This document shows positions 52,734 through 61,008 of a stretch of DNA of 64,000 nt, in pieces. The stretch is taken from the NCBI GenBank assembly GCA_045634005.1, contig JAZQZL010000069.1, positions 3,075 to 67,074 of the forward strand, read 5' to 3'. The position numbers were made by a program, and so were the translations under genes. The stretch comes from Candidatus Flemingiibacterium sp. (GTDB lineage: Bacteria > Bacillota > Clostridia > Oscillospirales > CAG-272). The notes under the pieces are model-generated. The model had not been told where the DNA came from, searched no databases, and saw nothing but the letters and a program-made list of their open reading frames with translations. Every line of letters begins with the position of its first letter. Within the stretch, counting starts at the first letter, position 1.

Positions 52734-54134
52734 TTATTCGTTAACAGTCGTGTTAGCTGTGCTGTCAGCCTTCTCGGTGCCAAGGTACTCGGGCAGCTTC
52801 ATACCCGCCATATCGAACATCTCGTTCATCGGAGGGATCGCCTTCATCATACCGGACACAAAGTTAGCGGTAGCAGTCTTACCGTCAGCGCCCGTGCTTC
52901 CGCCGTCCCAAACGGTGACCTTGTCGATCTTGAGGTTCTTGATAGCCTCAACCTGAATCTTGGTGATCTCCTCAAGCTTGTCAGCAACCATAAGACGGAT
53001 AGCGTCGTTCGACTCGCCGCCGGCGCTCTTAACGATCTCTGCAAAGCCCTCTGCCTGCTTGATGAGCATATCTCGCATACCGTTTGCCTCTGCCTGCATC
53101 TTCATCAGCGTAGCGTCAGCTTCACCCTTTGCCTGACGTCTGATTCTTTCAGCCTCTGCCTCTGCCTTGAGTTCGATCTGCTTCTTTTCGATTTCAGCCT
53201 TAACGAGGATATCAGCCTCGAGCGTTGCCTGCTCAAGTGATGCACGCGCAAGCTCGGCAGCCTTCTGTGCGGCGTACGCCTCCTCGAGAGCCTTTGCCTC
53301 CTGGATCTTCTCGGCTGCGGTAGCGCGCTTCAGCGCCTCTGCCTCACGCTCGCGGCGTGCTGCATCGGACTCTGCAACCTGAACCTTCGCCTCATTTTCA
53401 CCCTTGATAGCCTCGGAGTTTGCGATAGACACGTTGATACGCTGGTCGCGCTCTGCGTTAGCCGAACCGATAGCACCCTCGCGGTCTGCCTGTGCAACGG
53501 AGATCTTTGCGTCATTGATAGCCTTCGCAGCCGCTTCCTTACCGAGAGCCATAATGTATCCGCTCTCGTCGGTAATATCGGTTACGTTTACGTTAATGAG
53601 GCGCAGACCAATCTTCTTAAGCTCGGTCTCCACGTTTCTCGAAACCGCCTCAAGGAACTTATCGCGGTCATTGTTGATCTCCTCTATCTCCATCGTTGCA
53701 ACAACAAGTCGGAGCTGACCGAAGATGATATCCTTTGCAAGCTCTTGAATATCGTCGAGCTTTAAGCCGAGCATACGCTCCGCCGCATTCTGCATAACGC
53801 CTGCCTCGGTGGAAATACCAACGGTAAAGCGCGAGGGAACGTCAACGCGGATATTCTGCTTCGAGAGTGCATTGCGAAGATCTACGTTTATAGACATAGG
53901 CGTTAAGTCAAGGAACTCGACAGCCTGAATAACGGGCCATATAAATGCCGCGCCACCGTGAATACACTTTGCGGAGCGCGAGGTGCCGTCGGCGTTATTG
54001 CCGACCTTACCGTAAATTACCATAACCTTGTCGGACGGGCACTTTCTGTAGCGCGATGCGATAACCACAAGCGTTGTCACAACCAAAAGCGCGATCACGC
54101 AAACGAGAATAAGCAGATTAGAAGTGTTTGGCAT
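52734..54134 (-). CDS. Flotillin (SPFH/band-7 family, FloT/YuaG-like)
   Basis: N-terminal TM, SPFH domain, and long Ala/Glu-rich coiled-coil repeats (EAERIRRQAKGEADA...). Confidence 0.85.
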   Translation of the reverse strand: MPNTSNLLILVCVIALLVVTTLVVIASRYRKCPSDKVMVIYGKVGNNADGTSRSAKCIHGGAAFIWPVIQAVEFLDLTPMSINVDLRNALSKQNIRVDVPSRFTVGISTEAGVMQNAAERMLGLKLDDIQELAKDIIFGQLRLVVATMEIEEINNDRDKFLEAVSRNVETELKKIGLRLINVNVTDITDESGYIMALGKEAAAKAINDAKISVAQADREGAIGSANAERDQRINVSIANSEAIKGENEAKVQVAESDAARREREAEALKRATAAEKIQEAKALEEAYAAQKAAELARASLEQATLEADILVKAEIEKKQIELKAEAEAERIRRQAKGEADATLMKMQAEANGMRDMLIKQAEGFAEIVKSAGGESNDAIRLMVADKLEEITKIQVEAIKNLKIDKVTVWDGGSTGADGKTATANFVSGMMKAIPPMNEMFDMAGMKLPEYLGTEKADSTANTTVNE

Positions 54135-54153
54135 AATATTTTCTCCTTTATAA

Positions 54154-54753
54154 TTATTTTACAATTCTTTCAATTACAACGAGTCCCGATTCGTCTATGG
54201 AAACGACTCTTACAGTTTCTCCGGTCTTAAAAGCGTCCTCGCCGCCCGAAATGGCATCGACTTCGATGAGTCTGTCCTGCACGGTGAGTGTGATCTTTCC
54301 TCTGCCCTCTCCCTTCGGCGGTACAGGTATGTACACCTCACCCGTTTTGCCGATTGCGTAGCCAAGCTGAATATTACCGCTCGACTGTAGCTTCAACACA
54401 GCCTTCATAAGATACGCAATACCGAAAAGTGCTGCCACACCGCATACCACCGCAAGCAGTATCGCGGCTGCAGGATTAAGACCTAAATCGACGAATACGA
54501 CACCGGCCCAGCCGCCAACCGAAAACATCGCAACGATGCCGCGAACGGTAAAAAGCGTCAGTCCGTCGTCACCTGATGCAGCCTCGGATATCTCAACGCC
54601 GTCAACGTCCGTATCCACGTCAACATCGCCGTCGCCGTCGCCGATGCCAAAGAACAGAAGCACCGTCTGAACAATAAGCACAAGTGTCGCCGGAATAGCA
54701 AGAAGAGCAAATCCCTGCTGAAGTGCAGTTAACGAATCCCACCAAGCAAACAT
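54154..54753 (-). CDS. NfeD-like membrane protein (YuaF-like partner of flotillin)
   Basis: N-terminal TM helices, an acidic loop, and a C-terminal OB-like segment GKTGEVYIPVPPKGEGRGKITLTV. Sits immediately upstream of flotillin. Confidence 0.7.
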   Translation of the reverse strand: MFAWWDSLTALQQGFALLAIPATLVLIVQTVLLFFGIGDGDGDVDVDTDVDGVEISEAASGDDGLTLFTVRGIVAMFSVGGWAGVVFVDLGLNPAAAILLAVVCGVAALFGIAYLMKAVLKLQSSGNIQLGYAIGKTGEVYIPVPPKGEGRGKITLTVQDRLIEVDAISGGEDAFKTGETVRVVSIDESGLVVIERIVK

Positions 54754-54795
54754 TATTATCTACGCTCCTTTACAAAAACATATCTGTCAAACTTT

Positions 54796-55377
54796 TCAAC
54801 GTTTAAAAACTTCGTCGTACATTAGGCTTGCGTGCTGACGCACGAGCGTTGCGTAATACGTCATTATGATGATGCCACAAGCCCGTTCGAGGCGTTTTCT
54901 CGCACCCGCACCGTGCTCCTCGTAGGATGCAAGCTCGTTTGAAATCAGGTCATAAATATTACCGTCTACCGTTGCCTCATCGCGAACAAGACAGTCAATA
55001 AGCCGACAAAGGCAATCATAAAGCCCTGACTCGGGAATAATATCGTCGCGCGTATCGTTTACGTCACCGTTTACATAGGCGAGAATTGCCGCGATCCGGT
55101 CAAGCTGCATTGAATCGCGCATCATATTTATAATGAGTATGCGCGCAAGCTGATTTTTATCGTAACGCTTATTTTGTGCGCTCGATACCCAGCCGCGCTT
55201 GGTCCAATTTTGGAGAGTTGAGCCGTCGATTCCGCATATCTCCCGTATCTGTGAGAGCATAATGCCGTCGGTGATGTAGAATATCTTATCAAGAAACTCC
55301 ATTCCCGTGACGTCGCCCATCTTCTTTCTTTCCATAATGGTGCCGGGAATGAGAGTGCTCCTTATCTCAAGCTTCAT
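54796..55377 (-). CDS. DUF1836 family (MerR-like HTH) protein
   Basis: MLSQIREICGIDGSTLQNWTKRGWVSSAQNKRYDKNQLARILIINMMR resembles the DUF1836 core. RBS AGGAGGG. Confidence 0.6.
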   Translation of the reverse strand: MKLEIRSTLIPGTIMERKKMGDVTGMEFLDKIFYITDGIMLSQIREICGIDGSTLQNWTKRGWVSSAQNKRYDKNQLARILIINMMRDSMQLDRIAAILAYVNGDVNDTRDDIIPESGLYDCLCRLIDCLVRDEATVDGNIYDLISNELASYEEHGAGARKRLERACGIIIMTYYATLVRQHASLMYDEVFKR

Positions 55378-55415
55378 CGGTTATCCCTCCTTTCGGAGAA
55401 GCTTTCTGTAATTAG

Positions 55416-55444
55416 ATTATATCACACGGTCACGTGATTGTCAA
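55416..55444 (-). promoter_or_regulatory. Perfect consensus sigma-A promoter of the DUF1836-nfeD-flotillin operon
   Basis: Minus strand: TTGACA, 17 bp, TATAAT. The spacer contains the TCACGTGA palindrome. Confidence 0.7.
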
Positions 55445-55473
55445 GTGGAATTTTATGAATTTTTTATGTATGT

Positions 55474-55503
55474 AAAACAGCCTTCCCCGAAAAGGAAGGC
55501 TGT
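55474..55503 (-). terminator. Terminator after the lipoprotein gene
   Basis: ACAGCCTTCC-N7-GGAAGGCTGT with a T-run on the minus strand. Confidence 0.7.
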
Positions 55504-55509
55504 CGGTAT

Positions 55510-56076
55510 TTATTTAAGGTCTGTATATACGGTGTGGTGAGCGATATAGTCGCCCATCTGCGAGCTGAAAATACCGTGCTGCAATTCCTCCCACGTCACG
55601 GTGTTATCGTTGACCAGCACGTATCGCACGTAGCTGTCGTAGCTCGCGTATGGAGTTTCGGCGTCGCCCTCAAAGCGAAGCATATACTTGTATTTTTGGA
55701 TAATCTCCTCGCCGTCCTCAAACCACCGTAGCATATAGTATTCGCCGTCATATTCGAGATCCTGCACGAAAAGCTTCGGGTATTCATCTTTTACGGATTC
55801 ATAATACTCCTCGTCGTCGTAATTTTCAAGTGTGTAGTAGTATGCAAGCCGTACGCTCGCCTTCCCGTCCGGCACGGATGCGGCAAACTGATCCCATCGC
55901 GCCTGTCCGTATGCTATGTCGCCGTTATCAAAAACTACGCAGCCGTCCTCTATCGCGTCCTCGCGCGTATACGCGGCGGGAAGCTTTTTAAGCGCGGTGT
56001 ACTCCGTTTTAATATTAGTCGCGCACGAGCCAAGCGCTAGCGCAAGCAATATGACAAGAAAAAAGCGTTTTTTCAT
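55510..56076 (-). CDS. Putative lipoprotein, unknown function
   Basis: Start refined to ATG 56074-56076 (MKKRFFLVILLALALGSC, lipobox LGSC). Confidence 0.55.
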   Translation of the reverse strand: MKKRFFLVILLALALGSCATNIKTEYTALKKLPAAYTREDAIEDGCVVFDNGDIAYGQARWDQFAASVPDGKASVRLAYYYTLENYDDEEYYESVKDEYPKLFVQDLEYDGEYYMLRWFEDGEEIIQKYKYMLRFEGDAETPYASYDSYVRYVLVNDNTVTWEELQHGIFSSQMGDYIAHHTVYTDLK

Positions 56077-56090
56077 TGCGACCCACAAAA

Positions 56091-56615
56091 TCATTTCTTA
56101 AAAAAATTTCCGAGTCCGAGCGTTTTTCGCAGCTTCACAAGATACAGCGTAATGAGATGGGTAGTTGCTATGTCGTAAATAAGGAACGTAAAATTACACA
56201 GCGCGAATACGGGAACGGTAAACGCGAGTCCCGTGTCGGTAAGTCCCAAAACAAAGCTGCCGATAAGTATCATAAGCATCAGCATCACGTTAAACGTGCT
56301 GAATTTAAGCACCCACGCGACGATAGGATGAAGCCGCTCGTACATCGCCTTGAATATCGGATAGACACCGCCGAACACGAGATACACAAGCGCACCGAAC
56401 TTGTCAGGGAGCAGAAGCATCGAAAGCGCGCCCGTAACAAGCCAGATAAGGTATGGATAAGCGCCGCCGACCTCTATAACCGCTATCATTATAAGTATCG
56501 ACGCAAGCGCCACCGCCGAAAGATCAAGCACCGTAATTATCGAGCCAAGTAAGAGCATCACCACTCCGAGCGCAGAAAATATCGCCGCAAGCGCAAGCTT
56601 TTTTGATTTTTTCAT
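56091..56615 (-). CDS. Small polytopic membrane protein (5 TM), unknown function
   Basis: Hydrophobic profile only. Co-directional with the J-domain gene. Confidence 0.45.
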   Translation of the reverse strand: MKKSKKLALAAIFSALGVVMLLLGSIITVLDLSAVALASILIMIAVIEVGGAYPYLIWLVTGALSMLLLPDKFGALVYLVFGGVYPIFKAMYERLHPIVAWVLKFSTFNVMLMLMILIGSFVLGLTDTGLAFTVPVFALCNFTFLIYDIATTHLITLYLVKLRKTLGLGNFFKK

Positions 56616-56630
56616 TCGATCACCTTAGCT

Positions 56631-57233
56631 CTAACAGCACGGAATAAGGTCACCGCCGCAGCACTCGCAAAGGCAGTCCGCACAGATAAGTCCGGTGCAT
56701 ATATCACACGCGGAGGAGCCGCCGTTTTGCGTGGTGCGGTATCCGCCGCCGTAATTTCCCGAGGCTTGCTTGATGCGGTTTAGTACAGTACGGTATTCGC
56801 TGTTGGTAGGATCAAGATAGCACGCGGTTTCAAGATGCTTCTGCGCGTCGTAATACCAGCCGCGCTTTATGAGCACACAGCCTTTGAGAAAGTTCCACTC
56901 CGCGTTACGGTTCGCCTGTGCAACTGCATCGAGTATCAGCTCCGCATCAGCATAGCGGTTATCGTTGATAAGCTCACGCACCTTTGCATACTCGCCCCAC
57001 GATGAGCCCGACTGTCCTGCACCGGATGTGTGCGACGCGCCGGAGGCACGCTCCTTCTGGATCTGATCGTATGCCTCGTTGACCTCCTTCATCTTTTCCT
57101 CGACAAGGTCAGCAAGTGGGTTGCCCACGTAGTTATCGGGATGATACTTACGCGCAAGCTCACGGTATGCTTTTTTTATATCCTCGTCGCTCGCATCACG
57201 CGAAACGCCGAGCACCTTATACGGATCTGTCAT
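56631..57233 (-). CDS. J-domain protein with a TPR-like middle region and a Cys-rich C-terminal tail
   Basis: DPYKVLGV...[14 protein letters not shown] (HPD motif). Tail reads [25 protein letters not shown]. Confidence 0.8.
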   Translation of the reverse strand: MTDPYKVLGVSRDASDEDIKKAYRELARKYHPDNYVGNPLADLVEEKMKEVNEAYDQIQKERASGASHTSGAGQSGSSWGEYAKVRELINDNRYADAELILDAVAQANRNAEWNFLKGCVLIKRGWYYDAQKHLETACYLDPTNSEYRTVLNRIKQASGNYGGGYRTTQNGGSSACDICTGLICADCLCECCGGDLIPCC

Positions 57234-58141
57234 ATATTACTGTCTCCAATCCCATCGTTTACCGCCTTATATTTTGAAAGCACCCTATCGGTGCACAGAG
57301 GCAGTCCGAGATAAATTATGTTCTTTATTATTTCGCCGTATTCGGGCGTTTTCGAAAAATCAATAAGCTCCACCGCCGAGGAAACTCCCACAAGCTCCAT
57401 CGTCAGCGCTGTACGGATATTTTCCGCCTCTCGCAAAACGCCGTCTGTACCGTCACCGTACATCTGACGAAACGGGTTATACGAGTCTGATTTTATATCG
57501 TCCGCGAGATCGTCGAGCGCATCTATGATATAGACGTAACGCCCGATGTGCCGTCCTATCTCGGCGGCTATACGGGCCTCGGGACTGTTCTGTTCAAATC
57601 CGAATGAAGCGGCGTACGCCATAAGCTCGCCAAACGGCTCCGCCGCTCGGTCAAACGATGCACAGCGCTCTTTCTCGAGTACCGCAAGCGCACCAAGCTT
57701 ATCCTCGATAAACGCCTCCGCGCTTTTATCGAAGCGCGCACGCTTTCGCATACGCCTTGCCTCAGGCATCAAAAATCTGACACCCAGACGCTTCAATCCC
57801 TTTCCGTCGGCAATATCGTCACGAAGCTTGTGATACGTCAGCACCACGGACAGTCGCGCCGTATAGTCAAGCTGACTTGACTCAACAATGACAGCACGCT
57901 TTTTCGTCGGGTGAGCAGCACACCTGTGCCTCTCGCACTTACCGCTCTCGCCCGTGAGCGCCATACGAACAAGTGCCAAAAACACAAAATCGTAGGAAAG
58001 CGAAAGCCTCGATGTGCAGGTAACGCTTTTTCCAAGCGACTCGCAAAGGCCGCAGTACACAGCACGGTAAAGCTCATACTCCTTGACGCGCAGCTCGGGT
58101 ATAGTAGGCTTAATATATCCAAACACGCGCATCACCTCCAA
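57230..58141 (-). CDS. DUF5685 family protein
   Basis: [32 protein letters not shown] is the characteristic N-terminus. 4-nt overlap with the J-domain gene. Confidence 0.6.
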   Translation of the reverse strand: MEVMRVFGYIKPTIPELRVKEYELYRAVYCGLCESLGKSVTCTSRLSLSYDFVFLALVRMALTGESGKCERHRCAAHPTKKRAVIVESSQLDYTARLSVVLTYHKLRDDIADGKGLKRLGVRFLMPEARRMRKRARFDKSAEAFIEDKLGALAVLEKERCASFDRAAEPFGELMAYAASFGFEQNSPEARIAAEIGRHIGRYVYIIDALDDLADDIKSDSYNPFRQMYGDGTDGVLREAENIRTALTMELVGVSSAVELIDFSKTPEYGEIIKNIIYLGLPLCTDRVLSKYKAVNDGIGDSNI

Positions 58142-58224
58142 AGTAGCTTTATTTAATTTTACTCCCTAACATTATATAACGCCTTACGACAGATTGAACA
58201 TTTTGTAAATCTTTTTGATTTTAC

Positions 58225-58253
58225 ACAAAAAAGGGACGCTTTTGCGTCCCTTT
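58225..58253 (-). terminator. Terminator after the SGNH hydrolase gene
   Basis: GGGACGC-TTTT-GCGTCCC with T7 on the minus strand. Confidence 0.75.
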
Positions 58254-58256
58254 GGG

Positions 58257-59246
58257 TTATATCTGCATAGCCTCGCGTATTGCCGCGGTTAACACAGCCG
58301 TACCGCGTGCCTGTCCCACAAGGTTCGGGTGGGATACGGCGCCCCTTTCTTCTGCGGTAATGGGAGTTATCGGTACATAGTAAAGACGCTTGTCATTTTC
58401 CGAAAGATCGCCGATAAGCTTCAAGAGCAGCTCATCGTAGCGCTGACCCATAAGACCGTACATCCAGAATATATGAGCCGCAGGATATGCCGCGCGAACA
58501 CGCGCTATAAAATCGCGCGCGCCAGCCTCGAAGGCCTCCTCGCTTGCACCGCCGCCGTTATCGTTTGTACCGCCGTTTATAACGACGATGTCGGGTACCC
58601 ACGACTTAAAATCGTGCGGTTGCTTGCCGTTTCGGGTTTCGTAGGCGTAAAACTCAGAAAAGAGCGTTCCGTGTTCACCGGCACAGTTGCAGACGATGCC
58701 CTGTCCCGATATCGCACACACGCGAATATCCGCGCCAAGCGACTTCGCGGTGAGGTACGCGTACGTTTTTGTCGCGTCCTCGTCAGAGGTGCTGTACGGA
58801 GTTGTGGCGCTGTCGGCGAGCACGCCGAAGCCGCAGGTTATCGAGTCGCCGAAGAACTGCATCTTTAATTTCGGCATCTCCGGCGGCGGAAGGATCTCAC
58901 ACACCGCCCCCATAATTTCAAATGCCGACACCTTGACGGGCAATTCGCCGGCACTTGCGCGGCGGACCACGAGCATATGCTCACCCTCTCCAAGACCGTC
59001 GAGAACGATTTTCTCGCGACCGTCGATAATGCCGTATTTGCCCTCTCTGCCGTCAATCTCGACCTTTAAATAAGCCGCCACGTCGAGAGCGTAGTCAGCA
59101 CGAAAATGTACAATAGCACGCTCGCCTATAAAGCGCACCGCAAATCCCGCAAGGCTCCACGAAAGCTCGAGAGCGCCCGTTTCGTCATAGGCACAGCGTC
59201 CAAGCACTGCCTTTTCAAGCGATTTTATATCAGTTAACAGTTGCAT
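58257..59246 (-). CDS. SGNH/GDSL hydrolase with an N-terminal beta-sandwich (carbohydrate esterase CE2-like)
   Basis: Start refined to ATG 59244-59246 (MQLLTD, RBS GGAGAAG). FFGDSITCG (catalytic Ser block), GTNDN block. Confidence 0.7.
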   Translation of the reverse strand: MQLLTDIKSLEKAVLGRCAYDETGALELSWSLAGFAVRFIGERAIVHFRADYALDVAAYLKVEIDGREGKYGIIDGREKIVLDGLGEGEHMLVVRRASAGELPVKVSAFEIMGAVCEILPPPEMPKLKMQFFGDSITCGFGVLADSATTPYSTSDEDATKTYAYLTAKSLGADIRVCAISGQGIVCNCAGEHGTLFSEFYAYETRNGKQPHDFKSWVPDIVVINGGTNDNGGGASEEAFEAGARDFIARVRAAYPAAHIFWMYGLMGQRYDELLLKLIGDLSENDKRLYYVPITPITAEERGAVSHPNLVGQARGTAVLTAAIREAMQI

Positions 59247-59297
59247 TTTCTTCTCCATTTGCAAATATGTGCCGCGTGATACAAGGCACATACGGTT

Positions 59298-60575
59298 TTA
59301 TTTTTCCTCGCCCTGTGCCTCACTCGGCTCAAGACGCGTAATCTTCACTTCCTCAACGAGCTTGTCGTCAACCTTTATTACCTCAACGTGAAGGTCCTCA
59401 AAGTCGAACTCCATTCCAACCTCGGGGAACTGACCGAGCTGCATCGTAACCCAGCCGCTGACCGTCTGCGGAAGCTCCTCTCCGTCGCCGACCGCCTTCT
59501 CGAAATGCTCAAGGAACTCGTCAGTATGCATATCACCCGCGAACGTCACCGTTCCGTCGGTGTGCTCAGTCACAGTCTGCTCCTCAACCTCATCGTGCTC
59601 ATCCCATATCTCGCCCACAAGCTCCTCGAGCACGTCCTCAAGCGTGACGATACCCATAGTGCCGCCATAGTCGTCGAGCACGACTGCCATGTGCGTTTTC
59701 TCCTGCTGGAACTGCGACATAAGGTTGGATATTTTAACGTGACAAGTAATAAAGAAGGGCTTTTTGAGCACGCTTTCAAGCGGCTGTCCCTTGCCTCGGC
59801 AAAGATAAAAGAAATCCTTTTCGTGGAGTATACCGATGACGTTATCGACTGTATCCTCGTACACGGGAATACGCGAAAAGCCCGAGGTGTGGAATATCTC
59901 CGTTATCTCGTCAAAGGGCGTTTCCTTATCGATAGCAACAACGTCAACTCGCGGCGTTATTATCTCCTCGGCATCAACGTCGGTGAATTCGATAGCCGAG
60001 CGTATAAGCTCGCCCTCCTTCTCGCCGATACCGCCGTCCTGCTGTGCTTCATCAACGATAGTGATGAGCTCCTCCTCGGTCATAACGTCGTCGTTATCGA
60101 GGTGGAATATCTTAGACAGAAGCTTTTTCCAAAGCCGGAAAAAGAAGTTGATGGGTGTGAACACGATCATCAAAAGGCGCATCACAGGCGCAACCGTCAT
60201 CGAAAAGCCGTCGGGGGCTTCCTTGGCAACGCTTTTCGGCGATACCTCACCGAAGATAAGCACGAGCACCGTCGTCACAGCGGTGGAAAGTGCCGCACCG
60301 TTTGAGGGGAACCACTTGACAAACATAATCGTTGCGATAGATGCGAGCGCTATATTAACTATATTGTTACCAATAAGTATAGTGGAAAGCAATGAGTCAT
60401 AATCGTCCGCCAGCTTAAGTGTAAGTGCCGCGCGCTTATTGCCGTCGGACGCAAGGTTCTTCATACGCACCCGATTGAAGGTGCTAAAGGCAGTTTCGGT
60501 TGCCGAAAAGAGTCCTGACATGGCGATAAGAATCACCATAAAAATTATTGTTCGTATACTGTCGCCGTCTAACAT
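59298..60575 (-). CDS. CNNM/CorC-HlyC family transporter (DUF21 + CBS pair + CorC_HlyC), often annotated as hemolysin family
   Basis: TM DUF21 N-terminus, FGEVSPK, CBS pair, C-terminal transporter-associated domain. Confidence 0.85.
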   Translation of the reverse strand: MLDGDSIRTIIFMVILIAMSGLFSATETAFSTFNRVRMKNLASDGNKRAALTLKLADDYDSLLSTILIGNNIVNIALASIATIMFVKWFPSNGAALSTAVTTVLVLIFGEVSPKSVAKEAPDGFSMTVAPVMRLLMIVFTPINFFFRLWKKLLSKIFHLDNDDVMTEEELITIVDEAQQDGGIGEKEGELIRSAIEFTDVDAEEIITPRVDVVAIDKETPFDEITEIFHTSGFSRIPVYEDTVDNVIGILHEKDFFYLCRGKGQPLESVLKKPFFITCHVKISNLMSQFQQEKTHMAVVLDDYGGTMGIVTLEDVLEELVGEIWDEHDEVEEQTVTEHTDGTVTFAGDMHTDEFLEHFEKAVGDGEELPQTVSGWVTMQLGQFPEVGMEFDFEDLHVEVIKVDDKLVEEVKITRLEPSEAQGEEK

Positions 60576-60740
60576 ATATTTCTCCTAAAATAAAATTATA
60601 ATTATTGTTTACGTGTAGCCGTTTTTATTATGGCGGAGAGATACGTACAGCTTTGACAATATTGTTTACCGTGCATCGTTGGGGTGGGTTCGGGTTATCG
60701 TTCATTTGCGATAATCACTCCTTTTTCAGATATTACTACC

Positions 60741-60769
60741 ATTATACACGATTTCGCGCGCTTTTGCAA
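60741..60769 (-). promoter_or_regulatory. Promoter about 165 nt upstream of the CNNM gene
   Basis: Minus strand: TTGCAA, 17 bp, TATAAT. Confidence 0.6.
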
Positions 60770-60804
60770 CGGTTTTGGCAAAATTTACGCAATATACACA
60801 CTTG

Positions 60805-60834
60805 CAAAAAAGGGATGCGCCGGTGGCGCATCCC
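60805..60834 (-). terminator. Terminator of the feo operon
   Basis: GGGATGCGCC-GGT-GGCGCATCCC with a T-run on the minus strand. Confidence 0.8.
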
Positions 60835-60840
60835 AAAATC

Positions 60841-61008
60841 TCACTTATTCTCGCTGTCACAGCCGCATCCGCACGAGTGCTTTTTGGCACACTCCTTGGC
60901 GTGCGGGCAACCGATACACGCGGCTCCGTTCTTCTTTTGTCTGTAAAGATAAAATCCGACACCGCCCGCGATAGCGACCAGAACTGCAATAATTACAATA
61001 TCAATCAT
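60841..61008 (-). CDS. FeoB-associated Cys-rich membrane protein (55 aa; below the ORF-track length cut-off)
   Basis: Hand translation: MIDIVIIAVLVAIAGGVGFYLYRQKKNGAACIGCPHAKECAKKHSCGCGCDSENK. One TM helix plus a Cys-rich tail. ATG overlaps the feoB stop (ATGA). Confidence 0.7.
   Translation of the reverse strand: MIDIVIIAVLVAIAGGVGFYLYRQKKNGAACIGCPHAKECAKKHSCGCGCDSENK

Noticed and set aside
60605-60989. Track ORFs 60605-60946 (+), 60684-60974 (+) and 60726-60989 (-) in the CNNM-feoB spacer.
   Set aside because: They span a promoter, a terminator hairpin and the real 55-codon FeoB-associated ORF in different frames. Their translations are featureless.
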